Source: Deltaproteobacteria bacterium (lineage in GTDB: Bacteria; UBA10199; 2-02-FULL-44-16). From it: a stretch of DNA of 32,639 nt. The stretch spans positions 1 to 32,639 of the forward strand of contig JACQOX010000184.1 in NCBI GenBank assembly GCA_016202335.1. Direction: 5' to 3'. This document shows, piece after piece, positions 1-8,709 of this stretch (its first letter is position 1; each line of letters opens with the position of its first letter). Under the pieces are notes generated by a model that saw only the letters and a list, made by a program, of their open reading frames with translations, ran no database searches and was not told the origin of the DNA. A program made the translations under genes and the position numbers.

Positions 1-56
1 ATGAATCCGGTCAGGATGATAACGATGATCAAATAAAGGATAGGACGTTTGTTCAT
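1..56 (-). CDS. 5' end of a membrane-anchored protein running off the window (likely the DUF4340-type partner of the GldAFG operon)
   Basis: ATG at 56-54 overlaps the TGA of the GldG-like gene (ATGA coupling). Reads MNKRPILYLIIVIILTGF, a basic N-terminus plus hydrophobic anchor. Family inferred from usual synteny only. Confidence 0.6.
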   Translation of the reverse strand, partial: MNKRPILYLIIVIILTGF

Positions 57-1630
57 AACACAGAGGGGGTGTAGAGCATTTTCAATCGCTTCCACTTTCG
101 CTTTCGCACAACAAACACCACGCCGCCCAAGAATAATACCAGAAGTGGTGCGAGCAGGACATTGCCGAACCACACCATGACTTTGAGGCCATCCGAAAGG
201 AGGGCCAAGGGACGATCCACGCTCTCCCGCGAACGGATGCCGATCAACGCTTCGCCCCATGACATCGAATCCAAAGCATTTTCCACGAGCAGTCGGTTCT
301 GCGGAAACATCTGCAAAAATTGATTTTGAACGAGGCGGCTAGTTCCAGCGACGATCAGCTGGGAGCCTTCACGGCTTTCCATTTTTGGCGTCGTGCCCTT
401 AGGAGGTTGCTTTCCGCCCGGCCCAAAAGCCGACGTCATTTTTCCCGAAACCATGGCCAGCACGTCGCGCTTGCCGCGGCTCCCTTCGCGCAAGAGCTGC
501 GTGGCCTGTTCAGGACCAAGGTTTGGATTTTCATCGGCGTTCACGATGCCAAAAGGCGTCGTGGTCGCGAGCGCCGTCACCGTTTTTTCTGGGGTTGAGG
601 CTGCCAGCGTCAAGGAATTTGCCCATGGCAATACTAATGATTCAAGTTCAGCCACCATGGGAACGGCATCGGCAAAACCTTCGGGCCGAATCTGCACCCA
701 GTAGGGATACGGCAGGTGATAAGTAACCGCGCCACCAGAAAAAGCGGCCGTGGCATTCGATCGATCCAACACCAATCCTTTGTCCACTGTCACTCCATAG
801 TGCATCACGAGGTCGGCAAGGCCCGAAGTCACCGGTGACGCCATGAGGCCTTGGCCGATTTTCCAGGTGTCGACAAAGGCCATCACTTTTCCACCAGCCA
901 TCAAAAATTGATCGATGGCGTAGAGCTGATCATCGCTCAGGTTTTCTTCGGCCAAAAACAGCGTCGAAAATTTAGCGACATCCAATGCAGGTTTTTCAGC
1001 ATCGATATCAATCAGTTGATAGCGTTCCGCCAGCAGATCATGAACGGCTTTATATCCATCCGCTTCTTCGGTGAGCGGCGCCCAAAACCCGATCGTGGGA
1101 AGCTCTTTTGTCGAAACTTTGAGGATGGACTGCGTCAGTTCGTATTCCAATCCTGACGCGCGTTGCACCACCGGAATCACTTCTTGTTTATCGCCGTGGA
1201 GAATCGCCATGCCCAGATAGGCTTTCGCCACTTCCTGACGGTCGCTGCCCATGACGTTGAGTTGCACCGGCGGGATGCCCATCATAGCCAGCTTCTGTTC
1301 TTCCATCGGATCGCTCTGCGGATCGCGATACTCGATGGTCAGTTTGGATCCGCCAGCGCGACGAAATTCGGCGAGCAGATCATCGACCGCGCGCCGCAGC
1401 GGCAAAAGCGGTGGCGGCAGCTCATTCGTAAAGTAAACCCGGATCGTCACAATATCGTTTAAACCGCGGAGAACATTTTTAGTGGATGGCGACAGCGTGT
1501 ATTCTTTTTTTTCCGTGAGATCGAGCCGCAGCGAATGGCGGCTTGCCAAGAGGTTGACGGCAAAGAGTCCCACCAGTGCTGTCAGAAGGAGGATCGTATT
1601 ATTGAGGGATCTTTTTTTTCTGAGTTTCAT
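53..1630 (-). CDS. GldG-family ABC transporter auxiliary/substrate-binding membrane protein
   Basis: N-terminal TM helix, RLDLTEKKEYTLSPST motif, AIDQFLMAGGKVMAFVD, LIGIRSR..DRPL and a C-terminal TM helix. Start placed at MKLRKK, 2 nt after the permease stop. Confidence 0.85.
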   Translation of the reverse strand: MKLRKKRSLNNTILLLTALVGLFAVNLLASRHSLRLDLTEKKEYTLSPSTKNVLRGLNDIVTIRVYFTNELPPPLLPLRRAVDDLLAEFRRAGGSKLTIEYRDPQSDPMEEQKLAMMGIPPVQLNVMGSDRQEVAKAYLGMAILHGDKQEVIPVVQRASGLEYELTQSILKVSTKELPTIGFWAPLTEEADGYKAVHDLLAERYQLIDIDAEKPALDVAKFSTLFLAEENLSDDQLYAIDQFLMAGGKVMAFVDTWKIGQGLMASPVTSGLADLVMHYGVTVDKGLVLDRSNATAAFSGGAVTYHLPYPYWVQIRPEGFADAVPMVAELESLVLPWANSLTLAASTPEKTVTALATTTPFGIVNADENPNLGPEQATQLLREGSRGKRDVLAMVSGKMTSAFGPGGKQPPKGTTPKMESREGSQLIVAGTSRLVQNQFLQMFPQNRLLVENALDSMSWGEALIGIRSRESVDRPLALLSDGLKVMVWFGNVLLAPLLVLFLGGVVFVVRKRKWKRLKMLYTPSVL

Positions 1631-1631
1631 T

Positions 1632-2345
1632 TTACTTCCTTGCCCACGACTCGAGCACTTTGACATTTGCAAACAATGCCAGCCCGATGACTGATAAATA
1701 ATAAAAGATATCCCGCGTATCGAGCACGCCGCGTTCAATCGATTCAAAATGCGTGGCGAGGCTGGCATACTGCATGGCCTGGGCGATCAGGCCCGAACCC
1801 CAGGAAAAAAGCGGCGATCCTAAAAAGTAGAGGACAAAGCAGGCGAGCACCCCGCCGATGAACGCGATGATCTGATTCTCGGTGAGGCTCGAGATGGCAA
1901 GGCCAATGGCCAAAAACGCGCCACCCAAAAAAGTGAGGCCAACGTAGCCGCCGATAACCGGGCCCCAATCGAGATTGCCGAGGAGTTCGGCCGTGAGCGC
2001 GATCGGCAGCGTGAACAAAAGCGCGGCGACGATGAGCCCCAGGCTCCCAAAAAATTTTCCGAAGATAAGATCGCGGTCGCGGATGGGCAGGGTAAACAGC
2101 AGCTCCAGCGTCCCCTGTTTGCGCTCTTCAGCCCATTTGCCCATGGCGACCGCTGGGACAAAAAACAAAAAGATCCACGGCGTAATCGCAAAGAAACTGC
2201 GCAGATCAGCCTGGCCCATGAGAAAAAATCCGCGGAAGAAAAGCCAGTTGATGAGCGCTAAAAACGTCACGAGATAGACGTAAGCAATCGGCGTCGTGAA
2301 GTACGCGGTGAATTCGCGTTTGCTAATAGTGATTATGGTATTCAT
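1632..2345 (-). CDS. ABC-2 type permease (GldF-like)
   Basis: KREFTAYFTTPIAY and WAEERKQGTLELLFTLP motifs, multiple TM helices. Start placed at MNTIITISK; the ORF extension to 2417 runs through a hairpin repeat. Confidence 0.9.
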   Translation of the reverse strand: MNTIITISKREFTAYFTTPIAYVYLVTFLALINWLFFRGFFLMGQADLRSFFAITPWIFLFFVPAVAMGKWAEERKQGTLELLFTLPIRDRDLIFGKFFGSLGLIVAALLFTLPIALTAELLGNLDWGPVIGGYVGLTFLGGAFLAIGLAISSLTENQIIAFIGGVLACFVLYFLGSPLFSWGSGLIAQAMQYASLATHFESIERGVLDTRDIFYYLSVIGLALFANVKVLESWARK

Positions 2346-2354
2346 TTTGCTTGC

Positions 2355-2411
2355 GCGGCAGCGAGAAGTTTTCTGCGCGCGGACTCGTGCTCGAAAACCA
2401 CTCGCTGCCGC
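2355..2411. repeat. Intergenic long hairpin / REP-like palindrome
   Basis: gcggcagcgag (2355-2365) pairs with ctcgctgccgc (2401-2411); inner gttttc/gaaaac and gcgcg/cgtgc stems. Confidence 0.65.
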
Positions 2412-2419
2412 TCCCATGC

Positions 2420-3349
2420 CTATTGCGTTAACTCCCGAAACACTTCTTCCAACGACTGCTTTTCACGGCGGAGTTCCGTCAGCGGAAAGCCGCTCTGCAC
2501 CGCCATCTGAAAGAGGTCTTCGCCGCGGTCGTGGCCGTTGCCGCCCGTCAGCATCACCCGTTGTTCCACTTCGCCTTCCGCAGAAAGCCATTCGCCGATG
2601 GTCACACCGGAAAGTTTTTGCAGCGCTTCGGCGAAAACGGCGCGCCGCACCTTGGCTGAAACGATGTAACTCGTCTTGCCACGCCCCTGGTGCATGAGTT
2701 CATTGAGCGTGCCCTGGCCCACCAATTCACCCTTATTAATGATGAGCGCACGGCTGCATGTGGCTTCGACTTCCTGCATGATGTGCGTCGAAAGAATGAC
2801 CGTCCGCTCGCGACCGATGTTGCGAATAATTTGGCGGATGTCCGTGATCTGATTGGGATCGAGCCCTGACGTCGGTTCGTCGAGAATGAGCACCTGCGGG
2901 TCGTGGATGAGCGCCTGAGCAAGTCCCACGCGCTGGCGAAAGCCCTTGGAGAGCTGACCGATCGGACGGCCGACGACATCGCCGAGCTCAAAGAGTTCGA
3001 TCACATTCCGGATACGTTTGGAGATTTGGTTCTTTTCGACCCCGCGGAGGGCCGCAATGTACTGCAAATACGTCGTGACTTCCAGGTCCAGATACAATGG
3101 TGCATTTTCGGGCAAGTACCCAATGCATTTGCGCGCTTCGAGAGGCTTCTCTTGAACGGAAAAGCCAGCCACTTCGACCACACCGTGATCCGGCGTCAAA
3201 AAACCGGTGAGGAGCCGCATGGTTGTCGTCTTGCCCGCACCATTTGGCCCCAACAGGCCAACGACTTCGCCCTTGGCGACATCGAACGAGATGTTCGAAA
3301 CCGCGCGAACGTTTCCGAAATTTTTTTGAAGCTCTGCAATGTGGATCAT
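2420..3349 (-). CDS. ABC transporter ATP-binding protein (GldA-like)
   Basis: Walker A GPNGAGKTT, signature LSKGFRQRV, Walker B ILDEPT, H-loop STH. Confidence 0.95.
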   Translation of the reverse strand: MIHIAELQKNFGNVRAVSNISFDVAKGEVVGLLGPNGAGKTTTMRLLTGFLTPDHGVVEVAGFSVQEKPLEARKCIGYLPENAPLYLDLEVTTYLQYIAALRGVEKNQISKRIRNVIELFELGDVVGRPIGQLSKGFRQRVGLAQALIHDPQVLILDEPTSGLDPNQITDIRQIIRNIGRERTVILSTHIMQEVEATCSRALIINKGELVGQGTLNELMHQGRGKTSYIVSAKVRRAVFAEALQKLSGVTIGEWLSAEGEVEQRVMLTGGNGHDRGEDLFQMAVQSGFPLTELRREKQSLEEVFRELTQ

Positions 3350-3371
3350 AATTTTTAAAAAAATTTTTCGT

Positions 3372-3399
3372 ATTTTAAGTATCGAACGCCCGCTGTCAA
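3372..3399 (-). promoter_or_regulatory. Putative sigma70 promoter for the ABC operon
   Basis: Minus strand TTGACA-N16-TAAAAT, about 22 nt upstream of the ATG at 3349. Confidence 0.55.
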
Positions 3400-3453
3400 G
3401 GACATGATATAAATAGTTGCAGCTCCATGTCGTCTTTGTTAGGGAGCCGCGCT

Positions 3454-4458
3454 ATGCTCATTGGACTCACAGGAAAAAACGGCGCGGGAAAAGGGGAAGT
3501 GGCGCACTTTCTCACGGAAAGCGGATTTCAATCGCACTCGCTCTCCGACATCCTCCGCGAAGAGATCATGTCCCGAAAGTTGCCGGTGACGCGCGATCAT
3601 CTCATCGTCGTCGGCAACGAGATGCGAGTGAAGCACGGCGCCGGCATCTTGGCTGAGCGCACGCTCGTTAAAATCCCGGAACACACCAATGCCGTCATCG
3701 ATTCCATCCGCAATCCCTTTGAAGTTGAAGCCCTCCGACGCCGCAAGGATTTCTTCCTCATCGGGGTCACGTCAGATCCCAAAATACGTTTTGAGCGCAT
3801 CAAGGTCCGCAATCGCGAAAACGATCCGCAGACCTATGAATCCTTTTTGCAATACGAAGCCCGCGAAGCCCAGTCCAACGACATCACCACGCAGCAGCTC
3901 AATCGCACCGAGGCCATGGCCGATGCGGTCATCACCAACGATACCTCGATCGCAGAATTGCACGATCAGGTCCGCCAGGTCATTCAAGGGCTGGCGGCGA
4001 GCGAAGGCCGTCCAGACTGGGATGAATACTTCATGAACATCGCCCGTCAGGTGGCAGCCCGCAGCAATTGCATCAAACGCAAAGTCGCTGCAGTCATCGT
4101 CAAAGATCAGCGCATTATTTCAACCGGCTATAACGGCACGCCGCGCGGAGTGCGCAACTGCAACGAAGGCGGTTGCCCGCGTTGCAACCATTTTGGCGCG
4201 TCGGGCGCCAAGCTCGACGAATGCCTGTGCTCGCATGCCGAAGAAAATGCCATCGTCCAGGCTGCCTATCACGGCGTTTCGCTCAAGGGCGCTACGCTCT
4301 ACACCGTGCTATCACCGTGTCTGCTGTGCACCAAGATGATCATCAACAGCGGCATCGTCGAAGTGGTGTACAACGCAACGTATGCCATCAGCGAAGTTCC
4401 CCTGAAACTTTTGCAGGAAGCAAAAATCGCGGTGCGGTCGATGGGAGAAAAGAAATAA
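3454..4458 (+). CDS. P-loop nucleotide kinase-like domain fused to dCMP deaminase
   Basis: N-terminal [13 protein letters not shown]-loop with [10 protein letters not shown]-terminal [24 protein letters not shown] and PCLLC zinc motifs. RBS agggag at 3441-3446. Confidence 0.9.
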   Translation: MLIGLTGKNGAGKGEVAHFLTESGFQSHSLSDILREEIMSRKLPVTRDHLIVVGNEMRVKHGAGILAERTLVKIPEHTNAVIDSIRNPFEVEALRRRKDFFLIGVTSDPKIRFERIKVRNRENDPQTYESFLQYEAREAQSNDITTQQLNRTEAMADAVITNDTSIAELHDQVRQVIQGLAASEGRPDWDEYFMNIARQVAARSNCIKRKVAAVIVKDQRIISTGYNGTPRGVRNCNEGGCPRCNHFGASGAKLDECLCSHAEENAIVQAAYHGVSLKGATLYTVLSPCLLCTKMIINSGIVEVVYNATYAISEVPLKLLQEAKIAVRSMGEKK

Positions 4459-4814
4459 TGTCGACTCAACCTTCAAAAACCCTCGAAACTTTTCCCAATC
4501 CCAACCCCGAGCGGGATTATGTGATTGAATGCGTTTGCCCGGAGTTCACCTGCCTGTGCCCGCGCACGGGGCAACCGGATTTTGCAACGATCACGATCCA
4601 CTACATCGCCGACAAAACGTGTTTCGAACTGAAAAGTTTTAAGCTGTATCTGTGGAGCTTTCGCAATGAAGGGGCCTTCCACGAAGCCGTCACCAATCAG
4701 ATCTTGAATAACCTGGTGGCCGCCACCAAACCGCGCTGGATGGAAGTCAAAGCTGCGTTTGCCGTCCGCGGCGGTATCACGACCACAATTACCGCAACGC
4801 ACGGCAAAACATAA
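4458..4814 (+). CDS. queF: NADPH-dependent preQ0 (7-cyano-7-deazaguanine) reductase, type I
   Basis: [28 protein letters not shown] and RGGI motifs. TAATG coupling to the upstream gene. Confidence 0.95.
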   Translation: MSTQPSKTLETFPNPNPERDYVIECVCPEFTCLCPRTGQPDFATITIHYIADKTCFELKSFKLYLWSFRNEGAFHEAVTNQILNNLVAATKPRWMEVKAAFAVRGGITTTITATHGKT

Positions 4815-5879
4815 TTAATGCTGTTTTTTTCTTAAATTTGCCACTCCAGAACGGAGCTCAGTTCTGCTTTCGGTTAGTTTTGGAAAAGCCGGACACCCCG
4901 CATACGATATAAGTCCACTGGCGCATTTCTCATACGTCGCACTTTCCGCCGATTTCGAGCCCGCTTTCGCTGCATATTCCATAATCGATCGACGATCCAG
5001 CACACGCAGGTACTGCATCAGCATCGCATTTCGACGCTGAACGCGAAATGGCACTTCGTCAGACTCACCATTTTTTGTCAGCACCCACCCATTGCCTAAT
5101 TCCACAAAAGCGTGCCGTGGAGATAGCGTTTCCTTTCCATCTCTTATTACCCCCATGGAAATGAAGCTCATGGTTCCAGGCTTTATTTCTGCTGCAGGCT
5201 GGAAGAACTGACGAACGTCGTCTAAAAAATTTTCATTGGTAACATACCCCAAGGCCACCGCGGCTCCCACGGCGTAAAGCGCATAGGCATAACAACCGTT
5301 TACCCCAGGAGCGTTTATCAGATCCAATGATTCGCGGCGGAGAGGAAGATTGGGGATGATATCGATCTCATAGTAAAAAAGCACCTTCCCTTGCGTTGAT
5401 TCGGGGCGATTGGCATCGTCCACCTGATGACCCGGAAGCTGTTCACGAAACGCTGTACTCTCCCGTGGCATCCCTTCAAAACGCTCCACGTTTCTAGCTG
5501 AGACCTTTGTAATCTTGGCGCGGGGCATATTGGCTTTGACATAAGCCTCGGCCTCTTCGCGATGAGCGAAATAAGCATAGACGTGCGGTTCTCCTCTCAC
5601 CTTGCGCACTTGGACATAGGAAAAATCCTTGGAGGTATCCGGTTTTTGGCATTTGTACCCCGGATAAACGTTCCAGATGAGGCCATGCGGAAGAAACGCC
5701 GCCTGCCAGCGTAAAAACTGGCGATCGGACAGATGGTATTCGCACTTCAAATAACCGTCGGCATCCGCCACTTCGCTGGGCTCGAGGAAGCCATCGCGAT
5801 TGGCGTCGGCGTAGAGGCGAAATTCGTCGCGCAGACTGTCGTCAGGGGTGATGCTGGTGATGGAAACCTTTGTTGTCAT
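4815..5879 (-). CDS. Hypothetical protein with an EF-hand-like loop and a putative papain-like Cys/His domain
   Basis: DANRDGFLEPSE EF-hand-like loop; GCYAYAL...RHAFVELGNGWVLTKNG. aaggaag RBS-like sequence upstream of MTTKV. Confidence 0.65.
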   Translation of the reverse strand: MTTKVSITSITPDDSLRDEFRLYADANRDGFLEPSEVADADGYLKCEYHLSDRQFLRWQAAFLPHGLIWNVYPGYKCQKPDTSKDFSYVQVRKVRGEPHVYAYFAHREEAEAYVKANMPRAKITKVSARNVERFEGMPRESTAFREQLPGHQVDDANRPESTQGKVLFYYEIDIIPNLPLRRESLDLINAPGVNGCYAYALYAVGAAVALGYVTNENFLDDVRQFFQPAAEIKPGTMSFISMGVIRDGKETLSPRHAFVELGNGWVLTKNGESDEVPFRVQRRNAMLMQYLRVLDRRSIMEYAAKAGSKSAESATYEKCASGLISYAGCPAFPKLTESRTELRSGVANLRKKQH

Positions 5880-5900
5880 AATGTCTTCCTTTGACCTTAA

Positions 5901-5926
5901 TATCGGCAAAACGTCACAAAAGTTGC
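5901..5926 (-). promoter_or_regulatory. Sigma28-like promoter motif, copy 1
   Basis: Minus strand GCAACTTT-tgtgacgtttt-GCCGATA, 21 nt upstream of the ATG at 5879. Confidence 0.65.
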
Positions 5927-5990
5927 GTCTTTTTTTTAAAGCCCTCGATTTTCCCTTGCCCTCTGCGGAGGGCCTTTTTATAGGCTTAGC

Positions 5991-6713
5991 ATGTCGATGT
6001 TGCGCATTATTTCCCGCTTATTTCAAGCCCCGGTCGAAAAGCCAGGGGCGCTCTGCAACACGCCTTTCGAGGAGGAAGTCACCGATCGCATCCGGCTGAA
6101 CGACCTCACGCCCACATCCCCTGCTCCCACGGCATCCTGGGTCCCCAATATTCAGCGTCGGTTTCGGCCATCCGAATATATGAAGGTGCCGGTTCCCGCA
6201 TCACCTTCGCCAAAAACCTTTGCCGCCATTGCTCAGAAAATTCGACGCGGCGATGCCAAAGCAACGATCGATGGCATTGAATTCATCCAACATCTTCCTT
6301 ATGGGGATCACAGCGCTCTTCGACAAGACGTGGTCGCCATGAGCGACAAAGCCCCGCGCGAAGCAAGGCTCTTGCTCCGTGAACTTTTCCTGCGCTCGAC
6401 GCCGGTGGCACGCGCCACCGTCGTGCGCGCCATGATCGAAGTACCGGCGCTTGGTAACCGACGTTCCCTGGAAGACGCCTTTACCATGCTCATGTCCAGT
6501 TCGACCCCAGAGGAACGCCGCAGAAATATTTATCCCGCACTCCTCAGTATCATCGAAGCACCGCCGCTCCCCAATCAAGAAGCACGCTTCATGCAAGGTT
6601 GGCTCACCACCATCATGAAAGGGTGGATGAGCGAAGCCCCTGAAGTCCGCGAAAGTCCAAGGCTCGCCGAACGCACAGAGAAGATTTTTCCAGGCTCACT
6701 GCGAAAAACTTAA
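5991..6713 (+). CDS. Hypothetical protein (Pro-rich N-terminus, helical C-terminus)
   Basis: 240-aa ORF filling the gap between a divergent gene and a REP element; no recognisable motif. Confidence 0.65.
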   Translation: MSMLRIISRLFQAPVEKPGALCNTPFEEEVTDRIRLNDLTPTSPAPTASWVPNIQRRFRPSEYMKVPVPASPSPKTFAAIAQKIRRGDAKATIDGIEFIQHLPYGDHSALRQDVVAMSDKAPREARLLLRELFLRSTPVARATVVRAMIEVPALGNRRSLEDAFTMLMSSSTPEERRRNIYPALLSIIEAPPLPNQEARFMQGWLTTIMKGWMSEAPEVRESPRLAERTEKIFPGSLRKT

Positions 6714-6718
6714 AGACT

Positions 6719-6806
6719 GTCGTTGCGAGCCCGAAGGGCGTGGCAATCCAGTCTTGTCATCATGCCTGGATTGCTTCGTCGGACCTACGGTCCTCCTCGC
6801 AATGAC
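6719..6806. repeat. Paired REP-like palindromic element (GTCATTGCGAG...GCAATC family)
   Basis: gtcgttgcgag...gcaatccag in inverted orientation to ctggattgc...ctcgcaatgac, between convergent genes. Related half-copy at 27085-27118. Confidence 0.8.
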
Positions 6807-6807
6807 G

Positions 6808-7194
6808 TCAAATTACCACAATCGCTTCAATCTCAACCAACGCATCTTTGGGAAGTCGTGCGACTTCCACCGTCGCCCGTGCGGGCTTGTGGCTGGTGAA
6901 AAAACTGCCGTAGACTTCGTTCACCGCGGCAAAATCATTCATATTTTTGAGAAAAATGGTCGTTTTGGCCACCTGGGCGAGCGTTGCATTCTGCGACGCC
7001 AGCAAGGCTTTGATATTATTGAGGACCTGTCGCGCCTGCTCCGCGGCATTGCCGTCAAAGAGCTTCAGCTCATTGGTCACGGGATCGATCGGGAGCATTC
7101 CTGAGACGAACATGAGATTTCCGGCGCGCACGGCCTGAGAATACGGGCCGATGGCTTTGGGGGCTTTATCGGTAGTAATGGATTGGAGTGTCAT
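6808..7194 (-). CDS. ridA: RidA/YjgF reactive intermediate deaminase
   Basis: APKAIGPYSQA, SGMLPIDP, NEVYGSFF..KPARATVEVARLP..ALVEIE. Confidence 0.93.
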   Translation of the reverse strand: MTLQSITTDKAPKAIGPYSQAVRAGNLMFVSGMLPIDPVTNELKLFDGNAAEQARQVLNNIKALLASQNATLAQVAKTTIFLKNMNDFAAVNEVYGSFFTSHKPARATVEVARLPKDALVEIEAIVVI

Positions 7195-8213
7195 AAACAA
7201 AACTTTCCTTTCTCCATGATGACGCACCCATCGATTTCAATCGTCGTCTTGCACAGCACGCCATCGCAGTGGGCGTCGCTCGACCAGTCCGCTCCTGTCT
7301 GGAGTGGATACGGATTTCCCACCGCCATGTGAATACCCGGAAATTTTTCGTCCTGCAGCATATTGCCGATGAGCTTGGTGAGACCGATATTGGTGCCGAT
7401 GGCAAATTCGCCGATGCGCGAAGCATTCTCATCTGTGTCCAAATAACTTCGGAATTCCTGTTCGAGTTCTTTCAGTTCACAGCGAAGGCTGTCTTTGACG
7501 ACCCAACCGTTTTTCAACTCAAAGGAAATAGGATTTTTTTCGAGCGAACCATATTTTTCGGAGAAGAAATCGCCGAGCACACCATCCACCACCACATACC
7601 CATCGACCGAACGCGGACAGGTAAAGGTTTCTCCGTCGGGTAAATTGGTCCATTTCTGCGACGTAACCTCACCGGTACAGGGCACCCATTTCAACTTCGG
7701 ATCAAAGGTAGCCACGAGATTCGAACCGGCCGGGGTGGTCACGCGGATTTCTTTGGCAGACTTTGCAATGTCATACACCGCATGCGTCACTTTTTTGATT
7801 TCCACGTAATCCGCGGCCATACCCTGGTTCATCATCTCTTCAGTCACGCCGACCATGTGGGCATGACGAAGTTTGGCCGCTTTCACCGCCTCAAGCATGG
7901 GATGGCGAAAGGCCTTAAGCTCGCCCTTCTTTCCCGATGCCGCATAGAAACTCACGGTTGCCCAGGAGGCATAGATGTCGCGGAGGGCATCGGGAAACGC
8001 CAAAGGCGTTGATCCATCGGAAGGACGAGGCCCAAAATCTTCCATCGTAAAAAATTTGAGGTGATCGGTGATGCGGGAGGCCGCGACTTTAAGGGCCACA
8101 CCGATATTTTTGGATTGCTGATCGGTGATGATAACAACGCGATCGTCGGCCGTCACCTTCACACAATTTTCAACGGCTTGCTTGGCGCCAAAGGCGAGCG
8201 AATCATTCTGCAT
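7191..8213 (-). CDS. M29-family (aminopeptidase T/II-like) metallo-aminopeptidase
   Basis: NLPDGETFTCP, GEFAIGTN, LQDEK..GIHMAVG and HCD motifs. Confidence 0.88.
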   Translation of the reverse strand: MQNDSLAFGAKQAVENCVKVTADDRVVIITDQQSKNIGVALKVAASRITDHLKFFTMEDFGPRPSDGSTPLAFPDALRDIYASWATVSFYAASGKKGELKAFRHPMLEAVKAAKLRHAHMVGVTEEMMNQGMAADYVEIKKVTHAVYDIAKSAKEIRVTTPAGSNLVATFDPKLKWVPCTGEVTSQKWTNLPDGETFTCPRSVDGYVVVDGVLGDFFSEKYGSLEKNPISFELKNGWVVKDSLRCELKELEQEFRSYLDTDENASRIGEFAIGTNIGLTKLIGNMLQDEKFPGIHMAVGNPYPLQTGADWSSDAHCDGVLCKTTIEIDGCVIMEKGKFCL

Positions 8214-8283
8214 TTTTTTCGGCTAGGGGTTTGACGGAGGTTTGTCAAGCAGGCATAAGGCAAAAAACCTTGAGGAGAAAAAT

Positions 8284-8709
8284 ATGAAAAAGTTCATCGC
8301 GATAATCGCCATCGGCATTTTTTTCCCCCTTCTTTCCTATGGAGCCACGAAAATGATCACGAATCCCAGCGGTCTCAAATACCTCGATGCAAAAGTCGGC
8401 ACTGGCGCTGAAGCGAAAAAAGGCGCGCTCGTCACAGTGGATTACACCGGCTGGCTGAACGCCAAAGGCGAAAAAGGTTCGAAGTTCGACAGCTCGATCG
8501 ACCGCAACGAACCCTTTCAATTTCTGCTCGGTGCCCATCAGGTGATCCAAGGCTGGGACGAAGGCGTTGCCGGCATGAAAATCGGTGGCAAGCGCACCCT
8601 CTACATTCCCGCCAAACTCGCGTATGGCGCACGCGGCGCGGGCGGCGTCATTCCCCCGAATGCTGAACTCATCTTCGACGTTGAACTTCTGGATGTGAAA
8701 GCTCGGTGA
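8284..8709 (+). CDS. Exported FKBP-type peptidyl-prolyl isomerase
   Basis: Signal peptide MKKFIAIIAIG; YTGWL, FDSS, VIQGWDEG, AYG and IPPNAELIFDVELL. RBS gaggag. Confidence 0.95.
   Translation: MKKFIAIIAIGIFFPLLSYGATKMITNPSGLKYLDAKVGTGAEAKKGALVTVDYTGWLNAKGEKGSKFDSSIDRNEPFQFLLGAHQVIQGWDEGVAGMKIGGKRTLYIPAKLAYGARGAGGVIPPNAELIFDVELLDVKAR

Noticed and set aside
1631-1768. N-terminal extension of the 571-aa ORF
   Set aside because: Overlaps the permease in another frame; the ATG at 1630 gives a normal coupled start.
4173-4457. 213-aa extended QueF
   Set aside because: The extension overlaps the deaminase domain; the true start is the TAATG at 4458.
5958-5979. Hairpin gccctc-tgcg-gagggc plus T-run
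   Set aside because: Short stem in a divergent promoter region with no upstream + strand gene to terminate; no function can be supported.
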